The notes below the pieces were generated by a model. It was not told the DNA's origin and searched no databases. It saw only the letters and a program-made list of their open reading frames with translations. A stretch of 24,260 nucleotides of DNA, taken from IMG/VR virus record IMGVR_UViG_3300010358_000015, positions 1 to 24,260 of that record; one strand, written 5' to 3'. The stretch is from a virus. Its lineage: Duplodnaviria > Caudoviricetes. Positions 18,151 to 24,260 of the stretch are shown here, one piece after another (positions within the stretch are counted from its first letter, which is position 1; the number at the start of each line of letters is the position of its first letter). A program made the translations under genes and the position numbers.

Positions 18151-18496
18151 GGACATGGTGGAAAACCCGAACGGTACGAGCGAGGAAGTGGTGGAGGGAA
18201 CGGCGACGGTGGTTGAGGCAACTCCAGTTCTGGAAACGCCGATAGGAGAACTCAGTAATGCCGAGTTCTGCGCCTTTCCTCAAACGGATGATGATGACGC
18301 CCCCGTCCCACTCATTGCTATCCGCATGGGTGACGATGGGCAGGTCTTCTATCGCGTCTGGGGCTTTCCGGATGGCGGCGCGCTCAAGACGATACTCACG
18401 GCGGCGGCGCATATGGGTGCGAATCTGTCGGATGAGCATGATGTGTTGCTGAAGCGGTTGCAGGGCGTCGTCAACGTGGCGGTAGGGAGGCAGTGA
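18143..18496 (+). CDS. Hypothetical acidic protein (117 aa)
   Basis: GGAGG RBS at 18132-18136 lies 6 nt before ATG 18143, with an 8-nt overlap with the upstream gene. Confidence 0.7.
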   Translation: MGEDMVENPNGTSEEVVEGTATVVEATPVLETPIGELSNAEFCAFPQTDDDDAPVPLIAIRMGDDGQVFYRVWGFPDGGALKTILTAAAHMGANLSDEHDVLLKRLQGVVNVAVGRQ

Positions 18497-18497
18497 G

Positions 18498-18587
18498 ATG
18501 GAGGTCTGGCAGCAAATCCTGCTCTATTATTGCGCGGTCGTCTGTACCGTGATCGTGGTTATCTGGGTCATTCGTCGCACCATCTAG
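18498..18587 (+). CDS. 29-aa single-transmembrane peptide (putative holin-like or lysis-regulatory micro-protein)
   Basis: MEVWQQILLYYCAVVCTVIVVIWVIRRTI*. Strong AGGGAGG RBS 7 nt upstream, and it fills the gap before the endolysin. Too short for the ORF track. Confidence 0.7.
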   Translation: MEVWQQILLYYCAVVCTVIVVIWVIRRTI

Positions 18588-18605
18588 GGTGCAGGGAGGT
18601 GTACC

Positions 18606-19316
18606 GTGGTCAGTACCGCCGATGTCATCCGGATGGCATTCACACAATATGGGCATCCTTACTCTGGCGATTTTGATTCGGTCAACGGAAACCATCCGTG
18701 GGCCTACTGGTGCCTGAGCTTCGTGGACAGTTCGAACCGCAACTGCGGATTGGATGTGCCGCTCTATCCTAATGCTGTTACTGCGGGACACAACTACGAT
18801 CTGCAACAGGGCGACGCCCCACCGGGGGCCGCGCTCTTCATGAACGAAAACTTTTATTACCCAGATGGTCATGCGGCGTTGTCCGTGGGTGGCGGCTGGG
18901 CGATATCGACCGTCACGAACGGGACGGGCATCGGCATGATGTGGTTGCCGCCCTCGACGCACGGCATGATGGGGTGGGCGTTTTATGACGGCGTGGAAGA
19001 GGTCGAGATGCCGACCGAACCGCCGCTGAGTTGGTACGTGCAGCCCGATAATCCCTATTCGGAGGTGCTTGGCAAAGAGGTGGGAATCGGCGGCGGCTTC
19101 CTGCGCTTCTATCAGGGAATCGCCATCGGACAGGACCCGATGACCGTGCTTGGCTATGCGATGGACACCGAGCAGACCGCGACAGTGGTCGATGAGGATG
19201 GGTCGAGCAAAGAGCGGACGATTCAGTTGTTCCAGCGCGGCACGCTCATCTATCAGCCGGAAACACCCTTCCCGTTTGACGTAGTGATGGCACTCTCGAC
19301 GCAGCAGATCACCTGA
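18606..19316 (+). CDS. Endolysin: NlpC/P60-CHAP-superfamily Cys/His peptidase plus LGFP-like cell-wall-binding domain
   Basis: GGGAGGT RBS with GTG start. Motifs YWCLSFV (Cys codon 18711), PPGAALF and DGHAALSVGGG (His codon 18870). C-terminal GGGFLRFY...LGYAMDTEQ...IQLFQRGTLIYQPE. Confidence 0.82.
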   Translation: MVSTADVIRMAFTQYGHPYSGDFDSVNGNHPWAYWCLSFVDSSNRNCGLDVPLYPNAVTAGHNYDLQQGDAPPGAALFMNENFYYPDGHAALSVGGGWAISTVTNGTGIGMMWLPPSTHGMMGWAFYDGVEEVEMPTEPPLSWYVQPDNPYSEVLGKEVGIGGGFLRFYQGIAIGQDPMTVLGYAMDTEQTATVVDEDGSSKERTIQLFQRGTLIYQPETPFPFDVVMALSTQQIT

Positions 19317-19317
19317 G

Positions 19318-19524
19318 ATGAACACGCCACTCGTCGCGCTGATCGCGCTGATCGCGTCCGTTCCAGGCGACGTGGCGTTGTACTATGTCTTTCAGTACGG
19401 CAAACACAACCGGATGGCGATTCGACGGCTGGAAGAGCGGATATCACTGCATGAAGCGTCCATCGCGAAAATGGAGCGGCGCGAGTTCCGCCCCATCCAT
19501 CACGTTGATGAACCCGGCAACTAG
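19318..19524 (+). CDS. Putative holin-like membrane protein (68 aa)
   Basis: N-terminal hydrophobic segment followed by a charged coiled coil (IRRLEERISLHEASIAKME), directly after the endolysin. Confidence 0.6.
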   Translation: MNTPLVALIALIASVPGDVALYYVFQYGKHNRMAIRRLEERISLHEASIAKMERREFRPIHHVDEPGN

Positions 19525-19742
19525 ATCGCCCTGAACCACGCCCAGCGTGCGAACGGCAACCCTTCCGCGCGTTGCTCCGATCCATCGACTCTGACATAGA
19601 CATGCGCGCCGTCGTCGTGGAAACTCATCACCGTCCCGATCCAGCCACGACGGAAGTGAACGACGCGCTCACCCACCTCATACTGGTATTCGGGACGGGC
19701 ATCCCAATCGACCGGAACACTCGGTTCTGTGCTGACTTTCAT
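19521..19742 (-). CDS. Hypothetical protein (73 aa), SH3-like beta barrel
   Basis: GGAG RBS before ATG at 19742. Pattern YEVGERVVH...WIGTV.......VYVRVDG. Its stop overlaps the convergent gene's stop in CTAG (19521-19524). Confidence 0.65.
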   Translation of the reverse strand: MKVSTEPSVPVDWDARPEYQYEVGERVVHFRRGWIGTVMSFHDDGAHVYVRVDGSEQRAEGLPFARWAWFRAI

Positions 19743-19808
19743 TGGTTTCTCCGTTATACTGGACGTGCTTCCTCCGGTGCGCTGTTCCAACCCACACCTC
19801 CTTCCCCT

Positions 19809-19841
19809 CCCCCTGCGTCTGACCCCGCAGGGGGTTGCTTT
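19809..19841 (+). terminator. Probable intrinsic terminator of the late operon
   Basis: CCCCCTGCG-tctgaccc-CGCAGGGGG perfect 9-bp stem followed by TTGCTTT. Confidence 0.6.
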
Positions 19842-19892
19842 CGATGGGATAATGGATTGGGTGTTTGCATGGCACCCGCCCTTCCCCTCTGG

Positions 19893-20132
19893 CTACTGAT
19901 GTCGCGCGTCAGTAGCCAGCTTCATCAGTTGCGTCCCTACCTCCAGCGCCTTCTCCGGTGTCATCAGGTGACAGAGCGTCAGTTCGTCTGCGAACATCAG
20001 CAGTGCGATCAGGTTATTCTGGACATCCCAGATCGCCGCCATATTTCCCTCGACACTCCGCTCCAGCCGATAACGCAACTCCTCCTGTTGCTCGTCCGAT
20101 AACTCCTGAAACAGTTCAGACTGGTTACTCAT
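19893..20132 (-). CDS. Hypothetical protein (79 aa)
   Basis: Part of the coupled minus-strand operon, with an 8-nt overlap with its upstream gene. Confidence 0.7.
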   Translation of the reverse strand: MSNQSELFQELSDEQQEELRYRLERSVEGNMAAIWDVQNNLIALLMFADELTLCHLMTPEKALEVGTQLMKLATDARHQ

Positions 20133-20556
20133 TGGATAACCTGCCGAGAACGATCAGACCGGATCGCGGTCCCATCGTGATCCGCTGCACGCTCTTCATA
20201 TCGGGAAAGACCGCAACTTTCTCGCCAATGCCATAGGCGCGAAAGTAACCGTAGTTATAGATATCGATGCGGTTCTCCGGTTCATTGAAAACGTAGGCGT
20301 AATCGGTCATCCAGCTATTCTGCCACGGCCACGGCCACCCGTCCTTTGGATGGGTGAAGTCATCGCGCATGGCGAACTTCTGGACGGCCTGTCGAAACAG
20401 ATGGACTGATGTGATGTCGTGAAATCCGGGCGTTCCTTCGGCATCGGGGTGTTCGACGCCATACAGATCGCCATCCCATGCGATACTGCCGATCCAGTCG
20501 CTAATCGCCATTTGTCCCGGTAGGCGCTGCACCCAGAAGTCTGCCCTCGTCCCCAT
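20125..20556 (-). CDS. Conserved-looking phage hypothetical protein (143 aa; MGTRADF...GWPWPW)
   Basis: AAGGAGGAG RBS and TGATG coupling. Distinctive motifs MGTRADF, WIGSIAWDG, DDFT.P.DGWPWPW..S..TDYAY and FPDM...G.RSG. Confidence 0.8.
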   Translation of the reverse strand: MGTRADFWVQRLPGQMAISDWIGSIAWDGDLYGVEHPDAEGTPGFHDITSVHLFRQAVQKFAMRDDFTHPKDGWPWPWQNSWMTDYAYVFNEPENRIDIYNYGYFRAYGIGEKVAVFPDMKSVQRITMGPRSGLIVLGRLSNE

Positions 20557-20753
20557 CACTCCTCCTTCGCATCCAGTCCAAGTACTGTGGCGAGAACCTC
20601 CCGCCGCGCAGCATCGTCCTCTTCGTCATCGACAGTCATCACGAGCACCATCATCGACGTGATCGCCTTATAGAGTTCGTGGGAAAGGCGACCAATCTCC
20701 TGTTGCCGCAAGCGGAGCGCCTGTTCATAGCGCATCCGGTATTCTTCATTCAT
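20556..20753 (-). CDS. Hypothetical helical protein (65 aa)
   Basis: AAGGAG RBS, ATGA overlap upstream and TGATG overlap downstream. Confidence 0.7.
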   Translation of the reverse strand: MNEEYRMRYEQALRLRQQEIGRLSHELYKAITSMMVLVMTVDDEEDDAARREVLATVLGLDAKEE

Positions 20754-21751
20754 TGATTCACTCCTTTCGGCGCTTTCACGCGATAGTCGTGTTGCGAGAA
20801 TCCCGCGTCCGGGGTGCCGCGCGTGTGCGGTTTGCGCAGGAAGGTGCCGTGATACTTGCCGAATAAGCGTTTGCCGTCCTCGTCGGCGTAATGGACGATA
20901 GTGCCGCGTACGAGATGAAATGCCCGTTCACCTCCTGTTCCAGTTGAATGCGCGCTAGGTTTCGATGTCCGATCCGGGTCCACGATCACCGTGCGATAAC
21001 TGACCAGTGGCATACCTTTCCGCTTCTGCCAGTTACGCGCGAACTTATCGGGAGAATGCCGGACAGGGGTGGACAAGGTGCCGTTCTTCAGGTTCATGAA
21101 GGTGAGGGCGAGGATTGCCGGATGAATAAAGAGTGGGGCTTCGAAAGAGAGCAGTTCGCTGTCCTGCGATGAACCGTACGAAATGACAACGTAGTTGATG
21201 ATGTTGCCCGCTTCGTCGGTCGCCAGCCAGAATGTTCCACATGGAACACAGAAGGCATTTTTGACGAATCCGGTCGGGTGCAGCAACCAGACGAAGCGAG
21301 CACCCTCACAGAACTTCACGAATGAAGCGCGGTTCTCCTCGCCCCATGAAAAACTGAGATCGACACGGGTGGTCGCGGGGTCGGCAACGACGCAATGCAA
21401 CCCGCTGATTTCAAACGCGGACGATGTTGCAGGCAGAATGCCGTACTCGACGGAGCGTATCTGCGTCGGGCGAGTCCATTCGATCCAGAACTGTGGAAAG
21501 GGTGGAATCACGCAGGGAAAATCGGTTTTCAAATCCCACCGTTCGCGATCCGTGCCATTGTAGTAATACTCGCTGACCGGATCGGCAACGATGATCGGAA
21601 TATCACGATGGAGTGCATCCATCGTGCGCTGCATATAGAAACGGGTCATGATCGGGTCGGCGCGTTCAAGCCGGATCGGGTCGATCACGGTCGTCGGGCC
21701 GTTCAGTGCGCGAATGCGATCCGCTAATCGGATCATTGGTGCCTGACTCAT
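20750..21751 (-). CDS. Phage hypothetical protein (333 aa) with a basic His/Arg-rich C-terminal motif
   Basis: Long coupled ORF. Motifs PPFPQFWIEW, ALTFMNLKN and HLVRG...Y...LFGKYHG.F...HTRG...G...DYRV. Confidence 0.85.
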   Translation of the reverse strand: MSQAPMIRLADRIRALNGPTTVIDPIRLERADPIMTRFYMQRTMDALHRDIPIIVADPVSEYYYNGTDRERWDLKTDFPCVIPPFPQFWIEWTRPTQIRSVEYGILPATSSAFEISGLHCVVADPATTRVDLSFSWGEENRASFVKFCEGARFVWLLHPTGFVKNAFCVPCGTFWLATDEAGNIINYVVISYGSSQDSELLSFEAPLFIHPAILALTFMNLKNGTLSTPVRHSPDKFARNWQKRKGMPLVSYRTVIVDPDRTSKPSAHSTGTGGERAFHLVRGTIVHYADEDGKRLFGKYHGTFLRKPHTRGTPDAGFSQHDYRVKAPKGVNQ

Positions 21752-21966
21752 GGCATCAGGCTCGGTTGTACGGGTTCATGGGCGAGTAATGCGTCCAACT
21801 CGCGCTCCTCTCGTAATGCGTAGCGTAATGACAGGCGTTTCTGGTCGGGATTGCGGACTTTACTGCTGTAATACTCCTTCTGCCGCGCGCGGCATAAGCG
21901 CGCCTTGTTTTCGATGGCAACGAGTCGGTCGAACTCGCGTCGATCAATCGTTACGGTATCGTCCAT
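21748..21966 (-). CDS. Hypothetical protein (72 aa)
   Basis: GAGG RBS, and its stop overlaps the next start (ATGA). Confidence 0.7.
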   Translation of the reverse strand: MDDTVTIDRREFDRLVAIENKARLCRARQKEYYSSKVRNPDQKRLSLRYALREERELDALLAHEPVQPSLMP

Positions 21967-22252
21967 AGCGCGCCTCGTTTCGTGTCAGCGGTTCGTATCC
22001 TTCCGGCATCAGGGCGGCGTGCATCTCTTCGATCCGTCTGCCGCCATGCGACTGATCAAGCAACCACGCCCGCGCTTCCGCTGTCGTGATCTTCTGACCC
22101 GTTTTCTTCATCAGTAACCAGTAGCGCACCTCGAACGAGAGGCGCAGTTCCATCTCGCGTGCATGCTCCGACAGCGGAACGGCCACGGGCGGAAGGAGCG
22201 AACGATAATGATCGCGGTAGTCGCGTATGTACGCGCGTATTGTGGCGAACAT
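21944..22252 (-). CDS. Hypothetical protein (102 aa)
   Basis: TGATG coupling with the upstream gene and continuous operon tiling. Confidence 0.65.
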   Translation of the reverse strand: MFATIRAYIRDYRDHYRSLLPPVAVPLSEHAREMELRLSFEVRYWLLMKKTGQKITTAEARAWLLDQSHGGRRIEEMHAALMPEGYEPLTRNEARYGRYRND

Positions 22253-22566
22253 CAGAGATTCGGACGGTCATACTGATGCTTCGGTGAGAAATGCCACGCG
22301 GCGACGGCGACGGCAGTCGCGATGGGCAACATCGTACGGGACGCAAGCGCGACAACGCCGTGAAAGGATTGCCAGAGCATCATTTCCTCACTGGCAAGCA
22401 GGTTCATACCGCTTCCTTTCTTGTAGGCGTCAAGATAGAACGCCCACGCATCGGTCAGTGCCTGTGCGGTGAAATCCGAATAGACATCCATCAGTGCGGC
22501 GATTCTGCCATCCTGCGGGATGTCCTGTTGCTTACGCCTACGCGCCCAATCCGCCGTTCCTGACAC
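22252..22566 (-). CDS. Hypothetical protein (104 aa)
   Basis: GTG start after AGGGGG, and it tiles the operon. Confidence 0.65.
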   Translation of the reverse strand: MSGTADWARRRKQQDIPQDGRIAALMDVYSDFTAQALTDAWAFYLDAYKKGSGMNLLASEEMMLWQSFHGVVALASRTMLPIATAVAVAAWHFSPKHQYDRPNL

Positions 22567-22576
22567 CGCACGCCCC

Positions 22577-22990
22577 CTATTCCGCGCCCGCTGCGCGCAC
22601 GACCGCGACTGTCATCTCACACTTGCGCTTCCACCCGGACAAGGTTGCCCGCATCGATTCGACGCGCGCCTCGCACTCGGCTTTCCGCTCATACGTCTTA
22701 TAGACTTCATCAAGCGCGCCAAGATAGTTGTCGTCGGCGGCAAGATGGATTTTGACGGCGGCGACACGCTGCTTCTCATTGGTATACATCGCGGTTACGT
22801 CCGGGTTGAGCAACACGCCCTGCTCGATCAGATCGATGCGCGCCTTCGCCTTCTGATAGTCGTTCATTGCGACAGCCGCGCTGATGATTAGTTCATCCAG
22901 ATCGGCGGCGACCATGTTCATCGATTCGATCTGGTTATCCAGATCAAGGCGCAGCGCGTAGATCACGCTACCCTTACCGATTTCTGCCAT
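22577..22990 (-). CDS. All-helical coiled-coil protein (137 aa), possibly UvsY-like
   Basis: AAGGAG RBS. Helix-turn-helix hairpin pattern with TNEKQRVAAV...DDNY, and size similar to T4 UvsY. The functional call is tentative. Confidence 0.6.
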   Translation of the reverse strand: MAEIGKGSVIYALRLDLDNQIESMNMVAADLDELIISAAVAMNDYQKAKARIDLIEQGVLLNPDVTAMYTNEKQRVAAVKIHLAADDNYLGALDEVYKTYERKAECEARVESMRATLSGWKRKCEMTVAVVRAAGAE

Positions 22991-23174
22991 TGTTCTCCTT
23001 TGGCGGCCTTACTGCCGCGACGTGATACAGGCGGGTGCGGCGTCCGTCCCGCCAGAGGTCAGCTACTTTCTGATCCGCTTCAGCGGCGGATTCAAACACC
23101 CATGTGCGTACTTTCGTGTCGGTCGAGAGGTCGTGTTCGTAGACCATCCAGCGTTGGTAGCGTTCAGTGTCCAT
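22974..23174 (-). CDS. Hypothetical protein (66 aa)
   Basis: AAGGTGAG RBS, overlapping both neighbours. Confidence 0.7.
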   Translation of the reverse strand: MDTERYQRWMVYEHDLSTDTKVRTWVFESAAEADQKVADLWRDGRRTRLYHVAAVRPPKENNGRNR

Positions 23175-23454
23175 TACTCACCTTTGCCATGTCCGGATAC
23201 GAGCAGATCACCTTCATTTTTCGCAAAAGGAAGGTGCGGCGTCCGCCATGTAAATCGTCGTCGCCAGCCACATAATGTTCGCCGTTCCGGGCATAGACTC
23301 GCAAGTGCCTGAGCGTGCGAATATCGGTGTGCAGTCCTTCAGCCCTCGTTTCGTGCTGATAGGCCACTGTCACACCCCCATCCGGATAATCAAATGCGAA
23401 CAGACTGAGCGCACGCGCTCTCTCATCCATCCGGCGATCTCCCGCAGTCATCAC
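23164..23454 (-). CDS. Hypothetical protein (96 aa), first gene of the leftward operon
   Basis: AAGGGA RBS before GTG/ATG, downstream of the leftward promoter. The C-terminal part (VAGDDDLHGGRRTFLLRKM) is weakly reminiscent of WYL/SH3-like folds. Confidence 0.65.
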   Translation of the reverse strand: MMTAGDRRMDERARALSLFAFDYPDGGVTVAYQHETRAEGLHTDIRTLRHLRVYARNGEHYVAGDDDLHGGRRTFLLRKMKVICSYPDMAKVSNGH

Positions 23455-23573
23455 CGTATTCCCTTACACCGCACTACCACGCTATGACAGACCCAGTTAT
23501 GACTAGCCTAACCCGACATGCCTGAAAGAAACGAACCGTGCGAACGTGCATGTTGACACGTTCTATGTGTACG

Positions 23574-23602
23574 ATTATGACGCACCATTACGAGATTGTC
23601 AA
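23574..23602 (-). promoter_or_regulatory. Leftward sigma70-type promoter
   Basis: Minus strand TTGACA (23602-23597), 17-nt spacer, CATAAT (23579-23574), in an AT-richer intergenic region. Confidence 0.8.
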
Positions 23603-23637
23603 GAGGGAGTCGAATATTCAACATATGTGGTTCGATG

Positions 23638-23666
23638 TTGACAACTCATTATTTTCGTGATATTGT
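23638..23666 (+). promoter_or_regulatory. Rightward sigma70-type promoter with extended -10
   Basis: TTGACA (23638-23643), 17-nt spacer ending in TGa, TATTGT (23661-23666). Confidence 0.78.
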
Positions 23667-23707
23667 GGATTTTGACGATATGTACGCGCACGCGAGAGGG
23701 GGTTGCG

Positions 23708-24260
23708 GTGGAAGCGAGGGAGCGGTCATACGAACTGTGGGTTGAGTTGAAACTCGGACAGGACAGGCTCTATCACCCCGGCCCGTTCACCAGAGATGAC
23801 GCGGACGCGCGGGCGAAGCGACTGACGGAAGCGAGTCGGGGAAAGAACAAGTTCTACGTGAAGGCGAAGGTGATGCCGAAGGTAGAACTGCCGCCTTTCC
23901 AGAGCCATGCGGCGGAATCTGATCTGGCCTACTGGCAAGCAACAAATGACGGCACGCTCGACTGGCGCAGGCGGGACATTCTGCACTGGCTGCAAACGGT
24001 CGAGGGAGCGCAGACGGCTGACGACTACTACGCCGCTCAGGACACGATCACATCCGGATATGGGGCGCAGTGGACGTTGCTGAGGCGTGCGGGATACATC
24101 GTCAGGGACGGGCGAAAGCAGACGCGATCCGGCTCGACGGCGGCGGCGTATCGGCGCGGTACGCGGGTGGTGGGGCCGGATTTCGGGGATCGGGGGCATT
24201 TCACGGCGTATACGGTTCCGTTACGCGCGACAATACGCGAGGCGATCATCGAAATCGAAA
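23708..24260 (+). CDS. Putative winged-helix DNA-binding protein, 3'-truncated by the window edge
   Basis: GTG after GAGAGGGGG and open to the window end (>=184 aa), so absent from the track. The segment PFQSH..ES..AY...RRRDILHWL...GAQTADD...L.RAGYIV.DG.KQTRSGSTAAAY resembles phage wHTH proteins. Confidence 0.72.
   Translation, partial: MEARERSYELWVELKLGQDRLYHPGPFTRDDADARAKRLTEASRGKNKFYVKAKVMPKVELPPFQSHAAESDLAYWQATNDGTLDWRRRDILHWLQTVEGAQTADDYYAAQDTITSGYGAQWTLLRRAGYIVRDGRKQTRSGSTAAAYRRGTRVVGPDFGDRGHFTAYTVPLRATIREAIIEIE

Larger units (their letters stand above)
1..24260. mobile_element. Tailed bacteriophage (siphovirus-like) genome segment: neck, tail and lysis modules plus a divergent early-gene region
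   Basis: Canonical gene order neck - tail terminator - MTP - chaperones - TMP - Dit - fibres - lysin. Genes are tightly coupled (ATGA/GTGA/TTGA overlaps). No host housekeeping genes, and no att site or integrase visible, so prophage versus free phage cannot be decided. Confidence 0.96.

Noticed and set aside
48-19325. Long antisense ORFs in the track (e.g. 621-1649, 4607-5491, 8194-8979, 18471-19325)
   Set aside because: They are shadows of well-supported + strand genes in GC-rich DNA, with no RBS or recognisable motifs.
19334-19356. 9-nt tandem repeat TCGCGCTGA x2.5
   Set aside because: It simply encodes ALI-ALI-A in a hydrophobic helix, is in frame and is too short to imply phase variation.
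870-19524. Genome-wide TAG recoding (several TAG stops at 9319, 17457 and 18585 are in frame with the next gene)
   Set aside because: The long Gln-rich genes (1902, 1198 and 815 aa) contain no in-frame TAG. Each downstream gene has its own RBS, often formed by TAGG itself, and no suppressor tRNA is visible.
19754-19870. 38-aa minus-strand micro-ORF MQTPNPLSHRKQPPAGSDAGGGEGG...
   Set aside because: It has an SD-like sequence upstream but is low-complexity and runs through the hairpin. It cannot be supported without expression data.
19572-20102. 176-aa + strand ORF after the lysis cassette
   Set aside because: It overlaps two better-supported minus-strand genes and runs through the terminator hairpin. 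TTG start without RBS.
23530-23640. LexA/SOS box (GAAC-N4-GTTC)
   Set aside because: GAAC and GTTC half-sites occur but not with 4-nt spacing.
23726-24249. Minus-strand ORFs 23726-24199 and 24037-24249
   Set aside because: They are antisense to the promoter- and RBS-supported + strand ORF starting at 23708.

Overview
The whole window is tailed-phage DNA (siphovirus-type, long non-contractile tail, GC-rich, roughly 60% by eye). On the + strand (1-19524) it carries neck/head-tail genes, a major tail protein, two tail-assembly chaperones and a 1902-aa tape measure protein with lytic transglycosylase and M23 peptidase domains. These are followed by a distal tail protein, two fibre-like proteins, a displaced hub/central-fibre protein, three unknown genes and a lysis cassette. 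The lysis cassette is an unannotated 29-aa membrane peptide, a Cys/His peptidoglycan hydrolase with an LGFP-like C-terminus, and a 68-aa membrane protein. A convergent minus-strand operon of 11 mostly small hypothetical genes (19521-23454) is driven from a divergent sigma70-type promoter pair (23574-23666). The rightward promoter precedes a truncated winged-helix gene. A monoderm host, possibly Chloroflexota, is inferred from the endolysin. I found no tRNA, CRISPR, integrase or reverse transcriptase, and no clearly new system. The best leads are the tail-tip architecture and gene order, the lysis micro-ORF and apparent restriction-site avoidance. All family assignments come from motif recognition and gene order, not database searches.
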